DNA of 59,018 nucleotides, counting the filler, from Mustelus asterias (taxonomy: Eukaryota), in NCBI RefSeq assembly GCF_964213995.1. It is 2 parts of 2 records of this genome, joined end to end, with 100 filler letters (N's around TTAATTAATTAA, not from the genome) between each part and the next. Parts side by side here need not be neighbours in the genome. Positions count along the whole stretch, not along the records: positions 1 to 31,312 come from NC_135829.1; 1 more part is not named here. The stretch is one strand, 5' to 3'. Positions 12,436 through 22,977 of this stretch are shown here, in pieces. How positions within the stretch are numbered: position 1 is the stretch's first letter; every line of letters starts with the position of its first letter. The notes under the pieces are model-generated. The model worked only from the letters and a program-made list of their open reading frames with translations. It did no database searches and had not been told where the DNA came from. A program made the translations under genes and the position numbers.

Positions 12436-12920
12436 TAGGTTGATTCCGGAGTTGAGAGGGTTGGCTTATGAGGAGAGACTGAGTAGACTGGGACTATACT
12501 CATTGGAATTTAGAAAAATGAGGGGTGATCTTATAGAAACATATAAGATTATGAAGCGAATAGATAAGATAGAAGCAGGGAGGTTGTTTCCAGTGGCGGG
12601 TGAAACTGGAACTAGGGGGCATAGCCTCAAAATAAGGGGGAGCAGATTTAGGACCGAGTTGAGGAGCAACTTCTTCATCTAAAGAGTTGTGAATCTATGG
12701 AATTCCCTGCCCAGTGAAGCAGTTGAGGCTACCTCATTGAATGTTTCTAAGGCAAAGATAGATTTTTGATCAGTAAAGGAATTAAGGGTTATGGTGAGCA
12801 GGCGGGTAAGTGGAGCTGAGTCCACGAAAAGATCAGGAATGATCTTATTGAATGGCGGAGCAGGCTCGAGGGGCCAGATGGCCTACCCCTGCTCTCAGTT
12901 CTTATGTTCTTATGTCTTAT
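12436..12920 (+). mobile_element. CR1 3' fragment
   Basis: [25 protein letters not shown]...; TTCTTATG tail. Confidence 0.88.
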
Positions 12921-12924
12921 GTAG

Positions 12925-14065
12925 GTACAAAAAATAGTTAGCAAAGCGTTCTCATTTATTGTGAGAATAAATTGAATACAAAAGTAGGAAGGTTATGCTT
13001 CAGTTATTCGGGTCATTGGTGACACTGCATCTGGAGTACAGCGAGTAGCATTGATCTCCTTATTCAAGGAAGGATGTGAACACATTGGAAGCAGTTAAAA
13101 GAAGATTTACTAGACTAATACTTGGAATGGGCAGGTGTCTTATGAGGTAAGGTAGGAGAAGCTAAGCTTGTATCCTCTGGAATTTAGAAGAGTAAGAGGC
13201 AACTTGATTGAAACATATAAGATCCTGAGGGGTATTGACAGGGTGGATGTGGAGAGGAAATTTCCTCTTGACAGAGGATCTAGAACTAGGGGGTCACTGT
13301 TTAAAAATAAGGGGTCACCCATTTAACACGGAGATGAGGAGAAATATTTTCTCTCAGGATCGTGAGTCTCTCGAACTTTCTTGCTCAAAATTTGATTTGA
13401 TTGAATTTATTGTCACGTGTATTAACATACAGAAAAGAATTGTTTCTTGCGTGCTATACAGACAAAGCATACCGTTCATAGATAAGGAAATGAGAGAGTG
13501 CAGAATGTAGTGTTACAGTCATAGCTAGGATGTAGAGAAAGATCAACTTAACGCGAGGTAGGTCCATTCAAAAGTCTGACAGCAGCAGGGAAGAAGCTGT
13601 TCTTGAGATTGGTACGTGACCTCAGACTTTTGTATCTTTTTCCCGAAGGAAGAAAGTGGAAGAGAGAATGTCCGGGGTGCATGGGGTCCTTAATTATGCT
13701 GGCTGCTTTTCCAAAGCAGCGGGAAGTGTAGACAGAGTCAATGGATGGGAGGCTGGTTTGCGTGATGGATTGGGCTACATTTATGACCTTTTGTAGTTCC
13801 TTGCGGTCTTGGGCAGAGCAGGAACCATACCAAGCTGTGATACAACCAGAAAGAATGCTAAAAAAGGCAATGGAAGCAGAGTCTTTGAATATTTTTAAGG
13901 CAGAGCTAGATAGATTCTTGATTAACAAGAGGGGTGAAAGGTTACCGGGGGGAGGTGGGAATGTTGGGTTGAGGTTATAATCAGATCAGTCATGATCCTA
14001 TTGAATGTGGGAGCAGGTTCAAGGGGCCGAGTGGCCTTCTCCTGCTCCTAATTCATGTGATGTAT
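12925..14065 (+). mobile_element. Older CR1 fragment interrupted by a minus-strand Rex-Babar 3' fragment (about 13390-13857)
   Basis: CR1 reading ...RRNIFSQ breaks at tttgatttga and resumes KKAMEAESLNIFKAELDRFL. Confidence 0.8.
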
Positions 14066-14085
14066 GTTCATATAAATCTCTCTAG

Positions 14086-14847
14086 TGTTAGGGACCAGAT
14101 CAGAAACTCCAAGGTATATTATGAGATGAGCCTAGACTCCAACTATTTTGATTTTGGCATTAGGGGGAGAATACGGTGTTTCGCTCCAGGTATGATTCAA
14201 GTGACCCACTAGGAAGCTTTTATTAAAACAAACTTTGCTTAACAATTTAACAGTTTAATTATAACAAAGAGAATTAGCATAACTTTTACTAATTGAATTA
14301 CTTATACATGACACAGTATCATTCTTAATTAATATAATTCTAGCCTAACTCTATTAGTTCCAATTTAAGCAATATTCCTCATAGATGTAAACTTTGCTTC
14401 TGAATCAGTTAGCATAAACATACAGTCTTACTCGGGTTGCCAGTCCTCAAGACTTTAACACCTCTGGAGAGAGATAGTTATTTTCTAGCAGGTCCCAGAC
14501 TTCAATTGCCAGAGAGAGAGAGAGAGAAGAGCTGCTGCCCCTTGCAAAATCCAAACAGAAACCGCTTGCTTTTTCCCTAGCTCTGCCCATTCGCATGACT
14601 TGGCCTCTGTCAATCGACCTAATTAAACCCTACTCTGAAACCCCAGGGGACAACCCAACAAAAAACTGCATTAGCTCAGATTGAAACAAACACCCCAATA
14701 ACTAGGAACAGTCATTCTTCTGTATGCTCAACAGGTAGGCTGCCTGAAGCAGACAAAGTGGCACCATAAACGGAGCTGAAGTTTAAAACATACCCTTCAC
14801 AAGAAACATGACACAAATACATTTCTTAAATGCACTGTATCATCACA
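14086..14847 (-). mobile_element. Putative solo LTR
   Basis: TGTTA...TCACA ends, flanks ctag/ctat (3/4 TSD match), minus-strand AATAAA at about 14219. Confidence 0.45.
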
Positions 14848-14967
14848 CTATGATAATCCAGAATAGATGCAGACATGAAGTGTTGAAGTCCTGAGTGATC
14901 GAAGTCCATAGTTCCATGTTCCTTCTAATCATGTTACATTGAATACGTCATTTTTATAAGTTACCAT

Positions 14968-15850
14968 TGTTATGAAGCGGAGGTTGATCTCTCTGAGAAC
15001 TAACACCTAACCACTCAAAGAGGAGTACCTCGCTTTATAATTTGTTAAATGTGTGTAAGAAGGGGTAATATCTGCTCTTCAGCAACTTTTAGTGGTTAGA
15101 TCAAAACAACTACCCGAGACTCTCTCTGTAAAATCAACAAGTAACACTTTATTTATCTAACTAACAGTGAACAGGTTAACTAAACCATTAACAAACTGAA
15201 TGAAACACAATTCTAATGGGATATTGTTAAGATAAATATAATTCCCACTCATTAACAAAAGAATAGAATTTTTTTTAGTCACTCTCAAAATACAACCAGA
15301 TTTTATCTTCCAGAATCTTCTGTCTTCTTTGCTATCTTCACTATTGAGATGAGGCTTTCTTTTAAGACATAAATGAGCTGGCAGAGGCTGTAGCTGTATC
15401 AGAGGGCAGTTGCTGGATGTCTCTCTGGATCTGAGAGCTGTCTTTTATATCTCTGTTGAGCACTCAGCTGATGAAGGAGCAGCATTCCAAAAGCTCGTGA
15501 TTCCCAATAAACCTGTTGGACTTTAACCTGGTGTTGTGAGACTTCTTGCTGTGCCCACCCCAGTCCAACGCTGGCATCTCCGCATCTTACACCCCTGATG
15601 CCATATCAACATCCCCACAATAGGATTGGTTCTCAGGTTACCAAAATATCAAATTTAAATCTAATAGGCGGCTGTTAGCTAAGTGGCTAGTTTAAACTGA
15701 TTGGGCAAAATTCAAAAACAACCTGTTGTCTTGGCAACACTACTGCCTAACCGCTCGAAATAAATGTTTCACTCTGTGTACTTCATATACCTCAGCTCTG
15801 TTCTTTTTAAAGTAAAAAACTACCTTTTAAAAGGACCCTGCAATTTAACA
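14968..15850 (-). mobile_element. LTR-like element containing a Penelope-like terminal repeat (about 15468-15587)
   Basis: TGTTA...TAACA inverted ends, no clear TSD; internal ctgatgaaggagcagcattccaaaagct...aataaacctgttggac typical of shark PLE repeats. Confidence 0.4.
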
Positions 15851-16038
15851 ACACATTTTACAATTATTTTTTGTTTTAACTTTACAAACGCTAACTTTGC
15901 AACACTATATACTGCATCGCATCATATTTTTCTTGTCAAGAAATCTTATCTGAATGAATCAAAACTATTGGATTCCTATCTGATAACTGGTGCTCTTCCC
16001 TCAGGAATGTACAATCAAAGGTTTTTCCATTTTTCCAG

Positions 16039-16508
16039 GAATTATTCACGGAGACTGCAACGAGTATAACATCTTGCTGGAACCCTTGGATCCATCGGCA
16101 GAAGATGCGGATCAGAGATCCACTCAGCCAGAATTCCAGATTTCGGCCATCCTGGACTTTGGCGATATGAATTACGGCTGCTTTGTCTACGAGCTGGTGA
16201 TAAGCATCACCTACCTGATGGTCGTGAGCGAGGATCCCATTGGGGTGGGCGGCCATGTCATTGCCGGTTTCGAGAGCGTGCTCCCATTGACGGAGGAGGA
16301 GAGAGACGCCCTCTTCCTGCTGGTGCTGTGCCGGCTTTCCCAGTCGCTACTGATTGCGCGGCACAGCGTGTTGCTCGATCCCGAGAACGGAGACTACATC
16401 CTGATTACGGTGAAGAAAAGCTGGAGGTGTCTGCACCAACTGTGGGAACTGGGGAAGGAGGCAGTGGAAACGATCTGGTTTGATACGGCCAGATCCTATC
16501 GGAGATAG
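16039..16508 (+). CDS. HYKK: Hydroxylysine kinase (AGPHD1), terminal coding exon only
   Basis: Acceptor tttttccAG|GA at 16037-38; IIHGDCNEYNIL (Brenner motif), ILDFGD, PIGVGGHVIAGFESVLPLT, PENGDY, GKEAVETIWFDTA match the recalled HYKK C-terminus; TAG at 16506-08. Confidence 0.92.
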
Positions 16509-16509
16509 A

Positions 16510-16775
16510 GTGCGGGATTTTCCCGTCCCGCCCGCCACGGGAGTTGTAGCGGGCGAGGTCGCTGGTGGGGGGGCGGGGTCCAGACCACGGAAGGGCCCGT
16601 TGACCTTGGGCTGGATTTTCCGGTCTTGGGGCAAGTGCGGCCAGAATAGCCGGAATTTTACTGCCACGCCCGCCTCGGAATCGGGGCAGGCGGGGCTCAC
16701 AGAACGGAATTCTCTGTTGGCCTCGGGCGGGATTTTACGAGCCTCGCCTGAGCGAGTTCGTAAAATCCCGGCCTG
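16510..16775. mobile_element. GC-rich MITE-like elements (two, abutting or nested)
   Basis: gggattttccc / gtaaaatcccg inverted motifs; homologous to 4050-4172. Confidence 0.55.
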
Positions 16776-17014
16776 TGAGTGTCATTGTGATTAATACGAA
16801 GGTTCTCTACTAACAAATGGAACACATTCAAGCCTTGTGCCTTTTTTGGGATTACCTACGAACTTGGGAAGCCCATACTTCTCTGTTGTTTTCTCCATGG
16901 CAACGTCTCAGCCAATCACGTTCAACTTGCCAACCAAATCGGCACCTACCCTGCAATATAAAATGTGGTGGTTATTTGAAGTTTGGTATTCTTGCTGAAT
17001 GTGAGATTTTAAAA

Positions 17015-17330
17015 AAGTTTTAAAAGTTTATTTATTAGTGTCACAAGTCGGCTTACATTAACACTGCAATGAAATTACTCTGAAAATCCCCTAGTCGCCA
17101 CACTCCGGCGCCTGTTCGGGTACACTGAGAGAGAATTTAGCACGGCCAATGCACCCTAACCAGCACGTCTTTCAGACTGTGGGAGGAAACTGGAGCGCCC
17201 GAAGGAAACCCATGCAGACACGGGGAGAATGTGCAGACTCCGCACAGGCAGTGACCCGAGGCTGGAATCGAACCTGGGTCCCTGGTGTTGTGAGGCAGCA
17301 GCGCTAACCACTGTGCCACCGTGCCGCCCT
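17015..17330 (-). mobile_element. Full-length shark tRNA/V-SINE
   Basis: Head GGGCGGCACGGTGGCACAGTGGTTAGC on the minus strand, B-box GGTTCGATTCC. Confidence 0.85.
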
Positions 17331-17756
17331 TTAGTCCTTACTTTAACAGTAGGTCCCATCACAATTTCCTTTCTCGGCCTTCACCAGAGGGTGAGCAAGA
17401 CCAGATTTCTTCCATAACAAATACCAAAGGCGAGATATGGGGATATGCTATGAAAATGAAGGATTAGCAGAAGTCAATTTTTCATCAAATGAGAAAGGGC
17501 GAAAAGCCAGGATTTAATTGGTGGATGTGTATGTCAATGAAAGATGTGAAAGTCTCTTGTTCCTGATTGGCTGTAATTGACTATAACTGCGGAGCTGTTT
17601 CTCTGTGAACTCAGAACTGCTCCGGCCGTCCCGTGTTGGGCGGAGGGAGTTCTCCTTGTGCACAAATAATTAAAGACTTTGCATTGGATGCATGGTGTCC
17701 AACGCTGTTTGTATAAAGAGTGCCTTTAGATTGCTGTTACCCAGAGAACGCTGACA

Positions 17757-18160
17757 GTGTCTGACTGTCCCGTGTCTGACTGTCCCGTGTCTGACTGTCC
17801 CGTGTCTGACTGTTCCCATGCCAGACTGTTCCCGTGTCAGACTGTTCCCGTGTCTGACTGTCCCATGTCTGACTGTTCCCGTGTCTGACTGTTCCCGTGT
17901 CTGACTGTCGCATGTCGGACTGTCCCGTTCTGACTGTTCCTGTGTCTGACGTCCTGTGTCTGACTGTTCCTGTGTCGGACTATTCCCATGTCGGACTGTC
18001 CCCGTGTTGGACTGTTTCGTGTCTGCCTGTTCTGTGTCTGACTGTCCCGTATTGGGCAGTCCCGTGTCTGACTGTCCCGTGTCTGACGGTCCCGTATCGG
18101 GCAGTCCCGTATCGGGCTGTTCCCGTGTCGGGCTGTCCCCGTGTCTGACTGTGCCGTGTT
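17757..18160. repeat. 15-16-bp minisatellite (gtgtctgactgtccc)
   Basis: Direct tandem periodicity. Confidence 0.9.
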
Positions 18161-18169
18161 CAGGGGATT

Positions 18170-18640
18170 GTCAATAGAGCACCATCCCAGGTCCTGTAAC
18201 GTTGATGCACCAAGTTGTCTACGTTGCTGGAAGTCCGATCTCACCACCAGCTGCGGAAGAGGTCATCATAGAATCATAGAGGTCATAGTATCTCTAGAGT
18301 GCAGAAAGAGGCCATTTGGCCCATCGAATCTGCACCGACAATGATCCAACCCAGGACCTATCCCCATAACCCCATGCATTTAACCTGCTAGTCCCCCTGA
18401 CACTAAGGGGCAATTTAGAATGGCCAATCCACCTAACCCGCACATCTTTGGAGTGTGGGAGGAAACCGGAGCACCCGGAGGAAACCCACGCAGACACGGG
18501 GAGAATGTGCAAACTTCATGCAGACACGGGGAGAATAGGTCATGATGACCCTCAATTTTATGGACACGCTGCCGGTGTCTGCAAGGCAAATCAAGGCTCG
18601 GATACAAAAGGACCCAGTCCTCTCTGAATTAAAAATAGGG
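18170..18640 (+). mobile_element. Gypsy-type pol remnant split by a minus-strand SINE (18267-18536) with 7-bp duplication AGGTCAT
   Basis: Removing the SINE restores PPAAEEVMMTLNFMDTLPVSARQIKARIQKDPVLSELK (RNase H-integrase linker); aggtcat at 18260-66 and 18537-43. Confidence 0.7.
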
Positions 18641-19427
18641 AGCATGATTCTCCTGACCCGCTGTGCTGCCGGCGTGGCACAGCAGGCTGGGGAATATCAG
18701 CCTGTAGCGGATTCATGTCTGGCGTCTAGTCAATCATGACTCTCCCAGGCCATTTTTGTAAGTGTCACATTGGTTACAATATGGGAATGGTTATTTTCAT
18801 ATCATTAGAGAGCCTGGGATGGTATCCTCCAGGCTAACTTCTGTCTCCCATCCTGCCGGGAGAGGTTCCCACCAGCAGGGATAAGCTAATCCCCATCAAC
18901 AGGGACCAGACGTATTCACCCTGCTGGTGGGGACAGAGGCCGTTGAGGTGGGGGGTGCGCGCCTTGGGCAGTGCCAGCCTGGCACCCTGACAGTGTCCAC
19001 TGAGCGCCGGGCACCCTGACAGTGCCCACCAGGCACCGGGCAGTGTCAAGGAGACAGGGCCTTGAAAGGGGAGGGGTGGTCAGTGGTGATGGTGGGGGAC
19101 CTGCTTCACACTCTGCATTAGGGATCGGAGGGGTGGGCTGAGGGGCTGGACATGGGGAGGGGTTCAGGCTGGAAATGGGAGGGTGGGTCGGGCTGGCCAT
19201 GGGGGGGGGTGGGTTATGGAGGCCAGCAGTCAGAGAGGGGGGCAGTTTGGAAGCCAGCGATCGGTAGAGGGGAGGGGGGGGGGGTGGGTTCCAGAGGCCT
19301 GCCATTAGGGGGCTGGTGATGGGGGGGCGGCGGGGGGGCAGTTAGCATGTGCCGATCTCCCCACTGACAGATCAACGCGCTGATGTTGACCTCTCTGGTG
19401 GGTTCAGGCCTGTATTCCCGTCCATAT

Positions 19428-19545
19428 AACAAAAGCAAAATACTGCAGGTGCTGGAATCTGAAACAAAAACAGAAAATGCTGGAAAATCTCAACGGGTCA
19501 GACAGCGTCTGTGGAGAGAGAATTGAGCCAACGGCCTGAACTCTA
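19428..19545 (-). mobile_element. Penelope-like terminal repeat fragment
   Basis: gctggaatctgaaacaaaaacagaaaatgctggaaaatctca, as at 5495-5540. Confidence 0.55.
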
Positions 19546-19683
19546 TCACCTTGCCTGCCTCGGAATTGGAGCGGCCGAGAATCTGACAATGGAAATCTCT
19601 GTTGACTTCAGGTGGGATTTTCCAGTCTCGCCCAAGCAAGGCCATAAAATCCCGCACGACGTTTCGAATCTGGATTACCCTTC

Positions 19684-19928
19684 TGATGCGCTATCAATAA
19701 GGCGAAAGACTACCTGTGTGCCAATATAAGTGTAGGCTTTTATTCACAACAGAATCAGGAGCAGATCCCAACAAATAACCGACCTGGACTGAACAAGGGG
19801 GAGGAGACAGCCACCTTTATACTAGGTGCCGAGGGGAAGAACCAAACTGGAAGGGGATGTGTCCAGGTATGACAAGCACACACAACGGTGGTCCATATAG
19901 GACAAAGGCACAACTGAGGTCCACCACA
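19684..19928 (-). mobile_element. Solo LTR (245 bp) with perfect 5-bp TSD
   Basis: TG...CA ends flanked by CCTTC on both sides (19679-83, 19929-33); TATAAA then AATAAA in the correct order on the minus strand. Confidence 0.8.
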
Positions 19929-20667
19929 CCTTCATCAGTGCCCATTGGGAGTTAGTTTTTTTTGGGGGGGGGGGGAGAATCGCACCCCCCCCCCCCCCCC
20001 CCCCATCCCCGATATTACATGGGTGATTCAGAGGACAGGCCTCAGATGAAATGGAACGCTATTGGACGAAGAAAGATGCGTTCAATGTTGAGATTAGTAT
20101 CGTCCTCTGGGGTTCCTGTGTAGTTTTCTCTCACCCAGGGGGTGATGTCCGATACTTATGGAATTATGCCTTAGCCACCCCGGGATTTCAAAAATGGAAA
20201 ATGCGAGCCCGGAGCTCAGTCTTGACGCAGACATTACTGACTTAGTCAGACAGTGAGTCACACCAAGGGAATTCAATCCCGCCTCTCAGTCTCCCTATAT
20301 CCATGGGGGTGCCTTGGAAGGCCCTCATTGCACTGCAGGGATTCTATGATATATTTTAATTGCCTTTTTTTTGGATTAGTTCTGTTATTATTGTTTAATT
20401 TTTATTTATTTTTAATGGATTTTTTTTTCACCTGTGCTGTCCAATAGATTTCCTCGAGTCATTTTTTTACTGGTATTCTCTGTAAGGAAACAACTTCTTT
20501 ACAGAGCAGGTATCATCATCAAATTCATATTAATCTGCTCCATCAAAACTTGTCTGTACGGGTGATTTGATTCTCTAACCCAAAAGTGCCTTTGTAACAT
20601 TCTTTTATATTTCAGTCAATGGCACAGATGATTAATGTGATGCACAATTCTAACTCTTACCATTTTG

Positions 20668-20990
20668 GGCGGCACGGTGGCACAGTGGTTAGCACTGCTG
20701 CCTCGCAGCGACAGGGACCCGGGTTCGATTCCCAGCCTCGGGTCACTGCCTGTGTGGAGTCTACACGTTCTCCCCATGTCTGCGTGGGTTTCCTCCGGGT
20801 TCTCCAGTTTCCTTTTACGGTCCGAAAGACTGGTTAGATGGATTGGCCGTGCTAAATTGCCCCTTAGTGTCAGAGGGACCGGCTAGGGTAAATGCATGGG
20901 GTTATGGTGATAGGGCCTGGGTGGGATTGTGGCCAGTGCAGGCTCGATGGGCCGAACGGCCTCCTCCAGCACCCTTGGGGATTCTATGAT
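20668..20990 (+). mobile_element. Full-length shark tRNA/V-SINE with ATTTTG flanking duplication
   Basis: A-box TGGCACAGTGG, B-box GGTTCGATTCC, V-domain, gattctatg tail. Confidence 0.88.
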
Positions 20991-21344
20991 TTTGATCTTT
21001 CATTTCTGTCGACTGTGAGGAAAGAAAAATAAAATCAACAAGTTCAAAAAAGGAAAATGGGGGAACCCAATGTTCAACATGCGGATTAGGTCATTGGAAA
21101 GGGTGAAGATGATCGGAATGGTAAATTCCAATGGCATAAATTGCGTTTTGGGTCTCCCACCAAAATTCCTGCTCCCGCTGCCAATCCCACCCCCCCCCCC
21201 AAAAATGGGAGCACAAAATTCCCCCCCCCCCTTGTATTTATATAGCACCCATAACGTAATGAACTTTTCCAGTGTCTGGATTAATTTATTTTAAATTTCT
21301 CATTTTAAATAAAATGAGACACTAGGTGCTGTAAGAAGAGGGGG

Positions 21345-22960
21345 TGTGGCTCCCCCCCCCCCCCCCCGACATGTCTACCTGATACAGAGGAGGGAGCTGG
21401 TTGGTTGCACATTTCTTCACAACTCCGAGTGGGAAGGTCAGGCGGGAAGAGTGCAGTTCCTGACAAAGGTGGGGAATAAGGACAGAGTGACAATCTGACC
21501 GTGACTGACAACTCCATGTTCTAGCCTCATGTCAACACCATCACATTGACCAATGGGAAGACACCAGTTTGGGGATGGTGGGGAATTGGCCTCACAGGGA
21601 AAGTATTTGGATTGGCTGCGGTAGAAATGCATCCTGGGAAGCAGCCCATGGACAGCCTCTTATTGGCTCAGCCCAATATTTGATTCCATTGGCTACAGGG
21701 TCTGAATATCAAGTGAACTGGCAGAATATTGATACGGCCGGTTCTAGAAATTTCTACCCTGTATCTTAGCACAAAACTCCTAGTATAAAAGGCCCCGGTT
21801 TTAAATTTACTATAATTAGTAGACTCGGTGAAGGTGAAGATTACAAAGTGCCTTATATATAGAATAAGGATTCACCATGTGCCTCATCCTATATGCTAAT
21901 GCTAAAGTTATTGTTTGTATAGTTTGCAGACGACACAAAGATAAGTGGAAAAGTGAATCGTGTGGAGGGCGTAGAAGGTCTGCAGAGAGATTTGGACAGG
22001 CTGAGTGAGTGGGCGAGGATCTGGCAGATGGAGTATAACGTTAACAAATGCGAGGTTATTCACTTTGGAAGAAATAATAGCAAATTGGATTATTATCTAA
22101 ATGGAAAGAAATTACAACATGCTGCTGTGCAGAGGGACCTGGGGGTCCTTGTGCATGAGACGCAAAAACCCAGTCTGCAGGTGCAACAGGTGATCAAGAA
22201 GGCAAATGGGATGTTGGCCTATATCGCAAGGGGGATAGAATATAAAAGCAGAGATGTCTTGCTGCATCTGTACAGGGCATTGGTGAGGCCGCAGCTGGAA
22301 TACTGTGTGCAGTATTGGTCCCCTTATTTGCGGAAGGATATATTGGCCTTGGAGGGAGTGCAGAGAAGGTTCACCAAGTTGATACCAGAGATGAGGGGTG
22401 TTGATTATGAGGAGAGACTGAGCAGATTGGGTTTGTATTCGCTGGAGTTTAGAAGGCTGAGGGGGGATCTTAGAGACCTATACAATAATGAAGGGGCTGG
22501 ATAGGGTAGAGGTGGAGAGATTCTTTCCACTTAGAAAGGAAACTAAAACTAGAGGGCACAGCCTCAAAACAAAGGGGGGTCAGTTTAGGACAGAGTTGAG
22601 GAGCAACTTCTTCCCTCAGAGGGTAGTGAATCTCTGGAATTCTCTGCCCACTGAAGTGGTGGAGGCTACCTCGTTGAATATGTTTAAAACACGGATAGAT
22701 GGATTCCTGATCGGTAAGGGAATTAGGGGTTATAGGGATCAGGCGGGTAAGTGGAACTGATCCACTTCAGATCAGCCATGATCTTATTGAATGGCGGGGC
22801 AGGCTCGAGGGGCCAGATGGCCTACTCCTGCTCCTAATTCTTATGTTCTTATGTATCACAATTTAACCAAGTGTTGTGAAATTAAACTGTATTCTTAATG
22901 TGTGCCATGTGAACCTTGGCCAACCAATGATCTAAAGGCTCAGCATGATGGGAAGTAGAC
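21345..22960 (+). mobile_element. LTR-like segment interrupted by CR1
   Basis: Purine tract aagaagaggggg followed by TG at 21345, several CCAAT boxes, TATAAAA at about 21784; right boundary uncertain. Confidence 0.35.
21921..22852 (+). mobile_element. Young CR1 LINE, 5'-truncated
   Basis: FADDTK...VRPQLEYCVQYWSP...; one frameshift; nearly identical to 28165-29098. Confidence 0.92.
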
Positions 22961-22977
22961 AGTGGCAGACAGACTGA

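Noticed and set aside
11602-12682. Pro-rich extensin-like ORFs
   Set aside because: C-rich low complexity running through an N gap into a CR1 fragment
17532-17756. Possible solo LTR (TGTCA...TGACA, CCAAT, TATA-like)
   Set aside because: TSD imperfect (gtgta/gtgtc) and confounded by the adjacent minisatellite; too weak to call
20668-20745. tRNA gene
   Set aside because: A/B boxes are the head of a multi-copy SINE and continue into V-domain and tail
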